The notes beneath the pieces were generated by a model. The model did not search any database, was not told the origin of the DNA, and saw only the letters and a list, made by a program, of their open reading frames with translations. Shown here piece after piece: positions 10,568 to 24,953 of a DNA stretch of 64,000 nt. The translations under genes were made by a program, and so were the position numbers. The first letter of the stretch is position 1; every line of letters begins with the position of its first letter. This DNA comes from Hormiphora californensis. Its lineage: Eukaryota > Animalia > Ctenophora. Where the stretch lies: assembly GCA_020137815.1 (NCBI GenBank), contig CM035353.1, positions 3,286,001 to 3,350,000 on the forward strand, read 5' to 3'.

Positions 10568-13409
10568 ATGAGTAATCGGTTGGAGCGATGGATAAACCAG
10601 TCTGCGGAGGAGAGGTGTAAGATATATATTTTCTTTACGACAGTGGGCTCATTTGTTGCTCGTGCGGTGGAATTTGGAAAAATCCCATTCTTCAGTGACA
10701 AGCACAACTTTCTAAATCAGGTATCAATAATCATTAGGTACAACTAGTAGGCCCGTTCGCCCTACGGGCGAATTTCGGGGAAATGGTAGCTGGATTAGGG
10801 AATGCTGACATCACCTGCACCATCCGTTCCTAGCCTATCTCTCACTGTCTCCCTATACTACGTTGTTTTACGCTATGTTGTTGTACGCTCTGGGCTTCCT
10901 GTCAATGTCAAGGTGCGAATTTTAAAAATCAATGTCAGGGAGGTTCAGTGCTGTTACAGAAACTCATCACGTGAAAACTTGGCCGCCATGTAGCCAATTC
11001 AGAGATTTCTATATTCGATTGGAGTAATCACCCTTGGGCGACGTTGGGTAAAGCTATCAGTAGTCGTTGATTGGCTCGCTTGAACACGTTGGCGTAATCT
11101 GTAATATTCTCTAGCCTGCTCTCTGACAGCAGCAGATCTTCCGGACCCAGATGACCGTTGCCGAATAGCGCTTGGGGTTGAAGAGTTAGACATCAGGACA
11201 AAAGTAAAAGAATGCACGTGCAGAATTTAATTTCCCTTAGTACCCAAAACTGCAACTGGGAGTGAGGTTTCTAAGTTGCTCTAATAATTGCACGTGCAGG
11301 TGTAGTTGCTAGGTGATGTAGCACTGACAATTTGAATAGTAAGTAGTATGATTGTCAGCTGAAGACGTGAAACACAGTGATCTCAAATGCTTCTATCAAT
11401 TTTAATTGATTTAGTACCATTGTATCGTTGTTTATCTTGTTAACAATTGCCATGCAATCCAATCAGGTTAACTATTGAATTACACGCTATGTGTATAACA
11501 TTTAATCCCCCTAGATATTCGTGAAAAATTGCTGGGCATGGACTATACTATTGATAAGTTTGCTGGCAGTGGTACGGATGGTATTTGAAAAGGTTCCCCT
11601 TCGAAAAATCTACCTCATCATTCTCAGACTGTTATTTGGAACTCTATATTGGTAACGTTCATAAAATAATATAGGGTAAACCGGGGCAAACCATTCACTG
11701 AATAATATTATCATCATACTACTTACTATTCAAATTGTCAGTGCTACATCACCTAGCAACTACACCTGCACGTGCAATTATTAGAGCAACTTAGAAACCT
11801 CACTCCCAGTTGCAGTTTTGGGTACTAAGGGAAATTAAATTCTGCACGTGCATTCTTTTACTTTTGTCCTGATGTCTAACTCTTCAACCCCAAGCGCTAT
11901 TCGGCAACGGTCATCTGGGTCCGGAAGATCTGCTGCTGTCAGAGAGCAGGCTAGAGAATATTACAGATTACGCCAACGTGTTCAAGCGAGCCAATCAACG
12001 ACTACTGATAGCTTTACCCAACGTCGCCCAAGGGTGATTACTCCAATCGAATATAGAAATCTCTGAATTGGCTACATGGCGGCCAAGTTTTCACGTGATA
12101 AGTTTCTGTAACAGCACTGAACCTCCCTGACATTGATTTTTTAAATTCGCACCTTGACATTGACAGGAAGCCCAGAGCGTACAACAACATAGCGTAAAAC
12201 AACGTAGTATAGGGAGAAAGTGAGAGATAGGCTAGGAACGGATGGTGCAGGTGATGTCAGCATTCCCTAATCCAGCTACCATTTCCCCGAAATTCGCCCG
12301 TAGGGCGAACGGGCATACTAGTTATTATATAAGTGGGTTTAAGAAATACCGTTGGACCGTTTGTTTTCTTTCAAATGATCAGTTTCTCCAAGGGACAATA
12401 TTTATGGGACACTCTAATAATAATTCCTATACAGGTATGTGTGTACAAGTGTGATTGATGGGATAAAAGATAACTTGGGAAAGTGTACCCCGGGACCTGC
12501 AGAGACAATGGTTGGAGTGTAGGGCACAGGGTGGCGTGTGGAAATACGTATTCGACATTTCAGGTACACGAGATTGAGGTTCACTCTCGTTATTTGGTGC
12601 CATCACACTGTGTAACTGAAGAAATGAACCTTTTTTTCTCAGATCTTCCCGCCATTCTAACTGTATATTATAAACTGTTTCTAGATTTATAAACTCCACA
12701 ACTAATTAGTAGGTGGCTCATTGCTCAATAATAACACTTTGTATGCTGTATGAAATACTGGTCCCTGATTGGCTGATAACCAGTCACGTGACCTAAATAA
12801 CGAGTTCTGATTGGTTGTTTACTTGTGTCGGTCGGTTCCTGAATAACACTCTGTATGCTCTACAGGTCACATGTTCATGATGGTGTACTGCAACCTCTTC
12901 ATTACATCTCACCTTGAGGAAATGCATGGGGACGAAGGTACAATAATCACCAACAAGGGCGTGTATTGGTTATGAACTCACCCAATGACCTACTACAGCT
13001 GGGACGCTCACTGGGCCCCAGCGTGTATTATATAATTATACCAAAACTAATTGAAATTAGTAGGCCGGAAAGGTTGCCCTATTATTTGAGCTACCTTTGC
13101 ACAATACAATTTTCCTGGCCTATTACTTCAATTTATGTGACCTCCAAAAGTTATAAATTGTGATTGGATAGTGTTCCCCATAATCTCACCAAATCTAACC
13201 ACCCCCATGATATCCTAGGACCGGAAGGTGGATCAATCCCTTCTCGAGTCATCTCCACGCTCTGCCTCATCCTAGTATCCCTGTTCGATGTCATGATGAT
13301 ATTCACCGTGATCTACTGGCACTCACCCCCAGAGAAGATCCTGGGGTGTCTTATCGGGGTGGCCGGGTGGACGCTAACCTTCAAACAACTTGTTAAACTA
13401 CTGTTATAA
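10568..13409 (+). CDS. FITM2: fat storage-inducing transmembrane protein (FIT family)
   Basis: Exons 10568-10720, 11515-11651, 12435-12563, 12866-12937 and 13219-13409: FSDKHNFLNQ|IFVKNCWAWT...RLLFGTLYW|YVCTS...CRAQGGVWKYVFDISG|HMFMMVYC...IFTVIYWHSPPEKILG. FIT signature motifs; one apparent 1-nt frameshift in exon 3. Confidence 0.88.
10744..11351 (-). mobile_element. non-autonomous Helitron, copy 1 (608 bp)
   Basis: On the minus strand: A|TC 5' end, GCCCGT..ACGGGC hairpin, CTAG|T 3' end. Confidence 0.85.
11714..12321 (+). mobile_element. non-autonomous Helitron, copy 2 (608 bp)
   Basis: A|TCATACTAC...TTCGCCCGTAGGGCGAACGGGCATACTAG|T; differs from copy 1 at only a few positions. Confidence 0.85.
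12752..12841 (-). mobile_element. partial copy of the CAGGAACCGACCG hAT-like MITE
   Basis: Reverse complement of 17466-17555. Confidence 0.8.
13034..13099 (+). mobile_element. solo TIR of the element at 24491-25612
   Basis: ATTATACCAAAACTAATTGAAATTAGTAGGCCGGAA...TATTTGAGCTACCTTTG matches ~24487-24551. Confidence 0.8.
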
Positions 13410-13756
13410 TTTGAGGGACATGTAAATCTCTGATTTCTGTTTCAAGTATTATAATGAAAGATGTAGTATGGTTTTCCGTCAGATTAAATATGCGGAAGAT
13501 GAGAGTGGTGTGAATTGAAACGTGTGTGGAGAAATAAAAGATGGGAGAAATAAAAAGAAACGGCGGAATTGAGAGTGGCTGAATTGTGATAGGGTTTTGA
13601 CTTTTGAAGGGCTTTGCTGTTTATCTAAATTAATTTATTTGTATTGATTACTTTACCGTTATTATATATGTTTACCAACGACCTGCTTACTCTCCACATT
13701 ACTACCTAAATGATATCTTACCCCCAATCAATTAATTAATTAACTTAGTAGCTATC

Positions 13757-15933
<2,177 letters not shown>

Positions 15934-16348
15934 AAACAAATATTTTTTAAATTAGATTAACTTTTTACACTTTTTATGACTTCGAATATTTCTAATCCCA
16001 TAAGTATTAATAAACATATTTATTTATACAAATTATATCCCAATTATTACATTTTCACTTTGTATATTTTTGTTTAATTGTACCACCTCCCCATCTTATT
16101 CTTATATTCTATATCACCCAGGGAATCTTCCAAATCTAGGTCACCATGTTATACCGATAGAACTGTGTGGTCCGATAACACCACCATACTGCCACACACA
16201 GATCCTCTACTGCAGTTTCAGGACCTTCTACTTGTTACAGTATCCTAGTACTAGTATAGTGCTGTCCTAGTACCCACTACTACTATACTAGTGCTGTTAT
16301 AGTACCCACTACTACTATACTATTATAGTGCTATCATAGTGTGACGTC

Positions 16349-19300
16349 ATGTGGGGTTGGATCTCAGGAGGGGCAAAGGGAGGGAACTCCTGCAACCTTC
16401 CTGTAACTGTAACAGAGGAAACTGGACAGTGTCTCGCTGGAAGGTGAGGTAGTAATCACGTAGTAACCACATAGTAACCACATAGTAACCACATAGCAAC
16501 CATATAGTAACCACATAGTAACCATATAGTAACCACATAGTAACCACATAGTAACCACATAGCAACCATATAGTAACCACATAGCAACCATATAGCAACC
16601 ACATAGCAACCATATAGTAACCATATAGTAACCATACAGTAACCATATAGTAACCACATAGTAACCACATAGTAACCATATAGTAACCACATAGTAACCA
16701 CATAGTAACCACATAGTAACCACATAGTAACCACATAGTAACCACATAGCAACCACATAGTAACCACATAGTAACCACATAGTAACCACATAGCAACCAC
16801 ATAGTAACCACATAGCAACCACATCAAGTATAATTCGTACTTTTTAATATCTGAGATTTATGCTGCTAAAATGGCTTTTCTTCTAAATATATGTAGCAGC
16901 CGAAGTAACTCTGCATCTATTTTCGTTACGCTGTGTTTCTGAAATTGTTCATTTATAAGCTGTTAATTAATAAATTGATTAATAATCCCCCTTTCTTCCA
17001 GGACAGTGTTCAAGATGCACAAAGGCACCCACAAGACGACGGGGGATGCTGTGTCCATCTTTAAATTTGAAAACACCGGACCTTCCTGCACCCCTGAACA
17101 GAGAAATGCCGCCAAAGCAGAGTTCAAGAGACTACGGGTGCTACGGCACCCCAACATATTGAAATACATTGACGGTTCTGATTCGGAGAATCTGGTTGTC
17201 ATAGTTACGGAGGGCGTGACACCGTTATTGGAGCTTGTCCAGGTGAGATTCGGGTGTTTTGACAAGTTGTCGAGGTATCTTCAAACTAAACCACAAAGAG
17301 CCACATTCCAATTGAATCGTTCAACCCTGCATGGGTCTTGAATCTTGTTTCGAATCTTACCTTCCCTTGCGGTAATGAAATTACCCCAGCTCCGTGCTAT
17401 AATAGCTCACGGATAACAATAGGGCTGACTTCGTATTTCGTAACCAATACCAGGATTCCTGGTCCAGGAACCGACCGGCACAAGTAAACAACCAATCAGA
17501 ACTCGTTATTTAGGTCACGTGACTGGTTATCAGCCAATCAGGGACCAGTATTTCCTGATTCGGTCGGTTCCTGACCAATACCTACCCCTACCCCCCAGAG
17601 TCCCAAGAAGGTGAATAGCAACGTAGCGTGCTGGGGACTATACCAGACAATGGCAGCCCTCAAATTCCTACACGAAGACTGCAAAGTACCCCACAGGAAC
17701 ATCTACACTAGCTCCATCTTTGTCGATAGAGCAGGTAGGTACTTGTAGTTAAATTCTGTTGAGAGAAGGAGATATAAGCAGGGAGTTACAGAGCACTGAA
17801 TTAGAGAGATTTATATTAGGGAGATTGATATTTAGATTTATTGTACCCAATATATTACTGGGTGTCAACATGGAACAATCTATTAAAATCCAATTGTACT
17901 AGTATATTAGGCTGTACACTTTGTTCATTATATGTTCATTATAATATTTAGTATTAGGAATTGGCCAAACTTTTTATCCAGCAAGGTACAGAACTGAGAA
18001 TTTTCAACAATTTCCCATCAAAACATACACAGTTATATCTAGCTAATCATCTCATTTCTAGGAGAGTGGAGGTTAGGTGGAGTTGGATATTGCGAGAGTC
18101 CCTCGCCCCTGCCCCCTCCCTCAAGGGTCAACCAATATCTCAGCAAGTACGATCCGCCGGAGGTACTCCGGGGAGTTACAACCAGTCCCATGACAACAGA
18201 TGTGTGGTTGCTAGGTGTTCTAATCTGGGAGGTATGTGTGGTTGCTAGGTGTTCTAATCTGGGAGGTATGTGTGGTTGCTAGGTGTTCTAATCTGGGAGG
18301 TATGTGTGGTTGCTAGGTGTTCTAATCTGGGAGGTATGTGTGGTTGCTAGGTGTTCTAATCTGGGAGGTATGTGTGGTTGCTAGGTGTTCTAATCTGGGA
18401 GGTATGTGTGGTTGCTAGGTGTTCTAATCTGGGAGGTATGTGTGTGGTTGCTAGGTGTTCTAACCTGGGAGGTATGTGTGTGGTTGCTAGGTGTTCTAAT
18501 CTGGGAGGTATGTGTGGTTGCTAGGTGTTCTAATCTGGGAGGTATGTGTGGTTGCTAGGTGTTCTAATCTGGGAGGTATGTGTGGTTGCTAGGTGTTCTA
18601 ATCTGGGAGGTATGTGTGGTTTCTAGGTGTTCTAATCTGGGAGGTATGTGTGTGGTTGCTAGGTGTTCTATAAATCTGGGAGGTATGTGTGTGGTTGCTA
18701 GGTGTTCTAATCTGGGAGGTATGTGTGGTTGCTAGGTGTTCTAATCTGGGAGGTATGTGTGTGGTTGCTAGGTGTTCTAATCTGGGAGGTATGTGTGTGG
18801 TTGCTAGGTGTTCTAATCTGGGAGGTATGTGTGGTTGCTAGGTGTTCTAATCTGGGAGGTATGTGTGGTTGCTAGGTGTTCTAATCTGGGAGGTATGTGT
18901 GGTTGCTAGGTGTTCTAATCTGGGAGGTATGTGTGGTTGCTAGGTGTTCTAATCTGGGAGGTATGTGTGGTTGCTAGGTGTTCTAATCTGGGAGGTATGT
19001 GTGTGGTTGCTAGGTGTTCTAATCTGGGAGGTATGTGTGTGGTTGCTAGGTGTTCTAATCTGGGAGGTATGTGTGGTTGCTAGGTGTTCTAATCTGGGAG
19101 GTATGTGTGGTTGCTAGGTGTTCTAATCTGGGAGGTATGTGTGGTTGCTAGGTGTTCTAATCTGGGAGGTATGTGTGGTTTCTAGGTGTTCTAATCTGGG
19201 AGGTATGTGTGTGGTTGCTAGGTGTTCTATAAATCTGGGAGGTATGTGTGTGGTTGCTAGGTGTTCTAATCTGGGAGGTATGTGTGTGGTTGCTAGGTGT

Positions 19301-22300
19301 TCTAATCTGGGAGGTATGTGTGGTTGCTAGGTGTTCTAATATGGGAGGTATGTGTGGTTGCTAGGTGTTCTAATCTGGGAGGTATGTGTGGTTGCTAGGT
19401 GTTCTAATCTGGGAGGTATGTGTGGTTGCTAGGTGTTCTAATCTGGGAGGTATGTGTGGTTGCTAGGTGTTCTAATCTGGGAGGTATGTGTGTGGTTGCT
19501 AGGTGTTCTAATCTGGGAGGTATGTGTGTGGTTGCTAGGTGTTCTAATCTGGGAGGTATGTGTGTGGTTGCTAGGTGTTCTAATATGGGAGTTATGTGTG
19601 GTTGCTAGGTGTTCTAATCTAGGAGGTATGTGTGGTTGCTAGGCGTTCTAATCTGGGAGGTATGTGTGGTTGCTAGGTGTTCTAATCTGGGAGGTATGTG
19701 TGGTTGCTAGGTGTTCTAATCTGGGAGGTATGTGTGGTTGCTAGGTGTTCTAATCTGGGAGGTATGTGTGGTTGCTAGGTGTTCTAATCTGGGAGGTATG
19801 TGTGTGGTTGCTAGGTGTTCTAATCTGGGAGGTATGTGTGTGGTTGCTAGGTGTTCTAATCTGGGAGGTATGTGTGGTTGCTAGGTGTTCTAATCTGGGA
19901 GGTATGTGTGTGGTTGCTAGGTGTTCTAATCTGGGAGGTATGTGTGTGGTTGCTAGGTGTTCTAATCTGGGAGGTATGTGTGGTTGCTAGGTGTTCTAAT
20001 CTGGGAGGTATGTGTGGTTGCTAGGTGTTCTAATCTGGGAGGTATGTGTGGTTGCTAGGTGTTCTAATATGGGAGGTATATGTTAACACTATGTACTAAC
20101 TAATTAGTTAATTAATTAGTTAATTAATCAGTTAATTAATTAGTTAGTTAATTAGTTAGTTAATTAGTTAATTAATTAACACTAATTCTCTGCTCAGGTG
20201 TTCAATGGTAATATGAGTAGCGCCCAATCGTTACGAGAAACTAGTAAGATACCGGGGGAGTTGGTACCCCTATATCGAGAGATGGTGGGAAGCAACTACA
20301 AATCACGGCCAACCATCACTCAGGTATAATTACTAACTACTAATTACTAGTTATTAATTACAATTAATAATTATTAACTATAATTGTTAATTAGACAAGT
20401 TTTATACACGTGAAATAAGGTTTTATACACATTCAACTAGACTGAGACTGTGTTTAGCCTAAACTTTAGGTTTACAAACAACTTTAAACTTTAGGTTTAC
20501 AAACAAACTCTCAACCCCCCCCCCCAGATATTTGACCGGCTTCAAGATACCTATTTTGATAACCGATTCGTAGCAGCCAACATCTTTCTATCGGAATTGA
20601 GTATCAAACAGGCACCAGAGAAACAGCGCTTCTTTGCCCAGGTATGGTATATAGTAAACTGATATTATACTGACTACTATTATTATATAGCAGTTTCTAA
20701 ATCTTCCATACCCCGATGTTTTTCCATTTTTATTGTTATTGCAATAATTATTGCACGAAATCAATAATCATTTCACTTCTCTATACTCTCCGATTGCCCC
20801 GGCCAAATCATTAAGTCAACTCCCCCTCCCATCAGTTGGAAGGAAAGTTAGGTGATTTTCCTGACGATTTCTGCAAGTATAAGATACTTCCGGCGCTGAT
20901 AACGACCTTTCAATTTGGGGACGTAGGTAAGTGGGACATTTTTTTCCCTGCCCGAGTGAATGCTTTGCAAAAATGCATAGCAAAAAGGCATAGCAGGGTT
21001 AGAATTAATAATACTAATGACCACACTACTCTCTGACAACTCTCTCTCTCCCTACAGGTATTGACGTGTTACCTACACTATTCAAACTGGGAAAGCTCCT
21101 AACGGAAACTGAATACAAGACCTCCATTATCCCCTGTATCCTAAAATTGTTCTCCTCCCCGGATCGCGCCATGAGGATTCAACTCCTTACATCCCTGGAC
21201 AATTTCATTCAATATCTAGACGACAAGACAATAGAGAATGATATTTTCCCCGCCGTATCAACTGGTTTCACTGACACAGTCCCAGCGATGCGCGAGATGA
21301 CGGTTAAGAGTATGTTACAGTTGACAGGGAGGTTATCTGAAAGTGTCATTGATAATCAGCTGCTGAAATTCTTGGCTAAAGCTCAGACTGACCCGGAACC
21401 ACCCATCAGAACAAATACTACCATCTGTATCAGCAAGATATCTTGCCATTTTAGTGACGCAACAAAAAGAAAGGTTCTAATCCCAGCCTTCCTGAGGGCG
21501 GTCAAGGACCCCTTTGTGCATGGTCGGAACGCAGGTGTTCTCTCTCTGGGCTGCACAGCACAATACTACGCCGAACCTGACATAGCGACCAGGATCCTGC
21601 CTGCACTGTGTCCCCTCCTGATGGATCACGAGAAGGTGGTTCGGGATCAGGCTGTGAAGACGGTGAAGATGTTCCTGGAGCGGATAGAGCGGCACCATGC
21701 GGGGATAATAGAACCCACCCCAGCAGCCCCGGCAACCAGACAATCTGCCCAACAACAGGACACCCAGCAGACAGCGGGGTGGGCCTCATGGGCAACAAGT
21801 CTGGCCAGCAAGTACGTCCAACCGACCGCGGGGGCGGGGAAGATTGGAGAGATTGCAAAACCATCCACCCCAACTACTGATGTTGCTGCTGGAGATACAA
21901 CAAGCAAAGCATCATCAACAATAACATCACAACCTAAAAAGGGACCTGCTAGATTTGAATCTGCAGCTGCTAAGGGACCTGCTAGGTTTGAACCTGCTAC
22001 CCCACGGACCACATCACCAGATAACGGATGGGATAATGATGGGATGGGAGGGTGGGAGGAAGACAATAACACCACTGCTCCTAAAACAAAGGGCCTTCTC
22101 AAACTGGGTGGTGGGACTCGCGGGAAACGGGAGGAGGAGGAGGATATGGTGAGTTCCATACTGCGAGAGGAACAGAAACACCTGAAGGAACAGAAGCAAC
22201 AACAACAGAAGAACAAGTTTGAAGGTGTGACGTCACGTGAAACTGCAGTGACGTCAGCATTATCACGTGATACTACTACTGGATCCTCCCCACCCGCTCC

Positions 22301-23113
22301 ATGGGATATTCAACCAGCAAACAACAACAAAGTCAGGCTGCAGATGTCTCCTTGGAGCAGCACCGATCAGACTTCAGGGGGCGGTGTTGCGAAGAATAAA
22401 GATTTGTTGTCCTCCTATTTTGGAGATGGTGGTGCAGGTGGTGGTGACAGCTTCTTCGCTGAGATGGGAGTGGATGGAAGTGAGAAAGTGGGGAACAATG
22501 TTAAGAAGAGTGAGTGGGATGATTTTCAATATCAAGTTGGCTGATGAATACCACCATTGTCGGTAGTGGAACTACCACTGTCGGTAGTGGAAGCACCAAA
22601 CAGAAAGGTGCTGTAGATGAAGATGGTGATTGGGGTGACGGTGGGGACTGGGGTGATTTCGATGTGACACCCACTAAACCTGTCGTGACGTCACAAAGCA
22701 ATGCTAGGAAACCCACAGCTCCTACTACTGCCAGTGGATTTGGGGATATACAACCGAAACAGAAAGCCACAGCTCCTACTACTGCCAGTGGATTTGGGGA
22801 TGTGCAACCGAAACAGAAAGCCACCAGCGAATGGGATGACTGGTCTGGTGGATTTGATAAACCTAGAGCATCACCTAAACCAAGAATGACAGCACCTGAA
22901 ACAACAAAACAGAAACCAGCTGCACCTGCTGATAACTGGGACGGAGATGATTGGGGAAGTTTTGGTAAGGAACAACAGAAATCTGCTGGTGATGGCTGGG
23001 GAAATGATTGGGGGAGTGGTGGCATGTCACGAGAGGAAAAGAGGCGGCAACAACGCGACAGAGCCGCTAATAGGACTCGAGGTGGCATGAAGCTTGGTAG
23101 TAAAAAAGCTTAA
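16349..23113 (+). CDS. SCYL1: SCY1-like pseudokinase (kinase-like + HEAT repeats + disordered tail)
   Basis: Exons 16349-16443, 17002-17242, 17599-17734, 18062-18231, 20198-20323, 20528-20641, 20836-20926 and 21058-23113. Motifs: LRHPNILKYID, IVTEGVTPL, WGLYQ..ALKFLHEDC, GEWRLGG, DVWLLGVLIWEVFNG, IRTNTTICISKI, C-terminal GGMKLGSKKA*. One 1-nt frameshift at ~22525. Confidence 0.93.
16460..16824. repeat. 11-bp minisatellite (GTAACCACATA)n in SCYL1 intron 1
   Basis: About 33 tandem units. Confidence 0.95.
17451..17573 (+). mobile_element. hAT-like MITE
   Basis: CAGGA...TCCTG ends, TIR CAGGAACCGACCG/CGGTCGGTTCCTG, exact 8-bp TSD ACCAATAC. Confidence 0.85.
18200..20079 (+). repeat. 34/36/38-bp minisatellite made of the SCYL1 exon-4 end plus 5' splice site
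   Basis: Unit ATGTGTGGTTGCTAGGTGTTCTAATCTGGGAG|GT, ~54 copies; the first copy is the coding exon end. Confidence 0.95.
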
Positions 23114-23819
23114 TATTGGGTATTTTTTTGTTAACTTTACTGTGATAGACTAAAAAAGGGGACATTTAAATAATAGGTGTAGTTAAATTAGTTCTAAAGA
23201 TGACATAATCATGACCTGGAATGTGTACATAGTATCAATAATCCTGGTTAAAGATGTTCAATATTTGTGGGTTGCCGGAAGAAACCCCTTTATGGATGAC
23301 GCGAGACTTATAATGTTAACCATTTAGAGACGATTGGGTCACAGGTGACCCAGTATTTTGAACCCATCTAGCGTGATGAATGGAGTTAAATTTGTGATGT
23401 TTTAGTTTCTATGTTGGGGTAGTTTTCAGAACAGCGGGTATATGTGGGGGTAAAACTAAATGTTAATCACTGCGCTGACAAGCGCAAAAGTTGCCACCCC
23501 CCCCCCAAAAAGCGCCGCCAGAAACGCAGTTATACGTTGTATGGGCGTTTGGCTGAAAAACCAGATTTTAGAAGGCTATAGCGTGGCTCTCTTTCATTCG
23601 TTTGACTTGAAATTCGGAATTTATTCCTGGCTCGGGGTCATTGACTTAAAGTGAGAGAGAACAGCGGGGATTTTCACAAAAAGTTAGCTGGATACTACTT
23701 GATGAAAACATGCGAGACGCACCATAATGGGCGTAAATTCATATTCTACATCATGTAGTACATGCAGGCTCGGGGTCATTGACTTAAGTTTAGAATTTAG
23801 AATCTCATCTGGGACAGAA

Positions 23820-23900
23820 GTTACAGACTGGTCCCATTTGCTGGAGATTCAGTGTAACACTGTTACACTGAATCTTCAGCAAATGGGACCAGTCTGTTAC
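23820..23900. repeat. short near-perfect palindrome
   Basis: ACAGACTGGTCCCATTTGCTG...CAGCAAATGGGACCAGTCTGT. Confidence 0.75.
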
Positions 23901-24551
23901 ATAACAGGAAATACGAAAAAAGACTTCTCGTTTTCACTAGCTGGTAGATCTACTGGATGTGTGGAATGTGTGTGTGTATTAGTTGGGGTGAGGTTTTCCA
24001 TCATCTTCAGGAACGTCCTACATGTAGGAGTCCTACTAGGACGTTCCTGAGGATGATTTTGCTACTGAAAGTCATTTTTTAAACTCTGCCCAAACGTCTT
24101 TGAGCTCAATTCCCACCCTGAACACGGATTCTATTCGTAAGACGAAGACTATGTCGTGGAAAGAGAATTTTCTGAACTGTTAGAAACTATTGCGAATTCT
24201 CAAAACCAGATGTACAAGTAAAGGGTCTTAAAACGAGTCTAAAGTGGTATCACTTTCTGTATGGCTATTCAAATCTTATCCAATCGATCTCAAACTTGGT
24301 CAATATCTTCATTATATATATAGTTAATCCCAATGATGTTACCTCGTCATTTTGACGTCTCGTTATGACGTCGTGACGTCACGTTATGACGTCAAAAATG
24401 AAAATTTCGCAATGTCGTGATTCCAACCTCTCTTTACCTGTTCTAATTAATCCAAGTGGATAAAAAATCCCAAAAATGATGCAAAAATTATACCAAAACT
24501 AATTGAAATTAGTAGGCCGGAATGGTAGCCCTATTATTTGAGCTACCTTTG

Positions 24552-24886
24552 CCCCCATAAAAAAGTCGCTTGGCAAATTCCCTCGTCGCTCGGCAATTGG
24601 TTCGGCAACAACAGGTGGTTTGCCGAGCCAGTCGCTCGGCTAATCAAGGAAGTCGCCGTGTTTTCACCGCGTTCTTACAGAAAAAGTACATTTTTTCAGC
24701 ACTTTTTTTCAAAATCTCCTGCTGAAAAATACAAAGTGCTGAAAAAATGTGCTTTTTCTGTAAGAACGCGGTGAAATCACGGAGACTTCCTTGATTAGCC
24801 GAGCGACTGGCTCGGCAAACCACCTGTTGTTGCCGAACCAATTGCCGAGCGACGAGGGAATTTGCCAAGCGACTTTTTTATGGGGG
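24552..24886. mobile_element. palindromic MITE with CCC termini (EnSpm/CACTA-like)
   Basis: ~150-bp arms CCCCCATAAAAAAGTCGC...; 2-bp TG on both sides. Confidence 0.75.
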
Positions 24887-24953
24887 TGGCACCAGTACAT
24901 TCCCTTGTGAAGATAGACGAAGCATCTGTACCCTGTCTGTACCCCGTGACGTA

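Noticed and set aside
10999-12066. Identical 72-aa ORFs on opposite strands
   Set aside because: Result of the two inverted Helitron copies; GTG start and no recognisable domain.
5392-12321. Long palindromes as fold-back sequencing chimeras
   Set aside because: They have exact TSDs or precise Helitron termini, and one encloses an in-frame exon, so they are best read as real elements.
16347-16827. Three long hydrophobic ORFs (MWLLCGYYVVT repeats)
   Set aside because: Translation of an 11-bp minisatellite antisense to an intron.
18200-20079. CRISPR-like array of ~34-bp repeats
   Set aside because: No unique spacers and no cas genes; it is a head-to-tail minisatellite in a eukaryotic intron.
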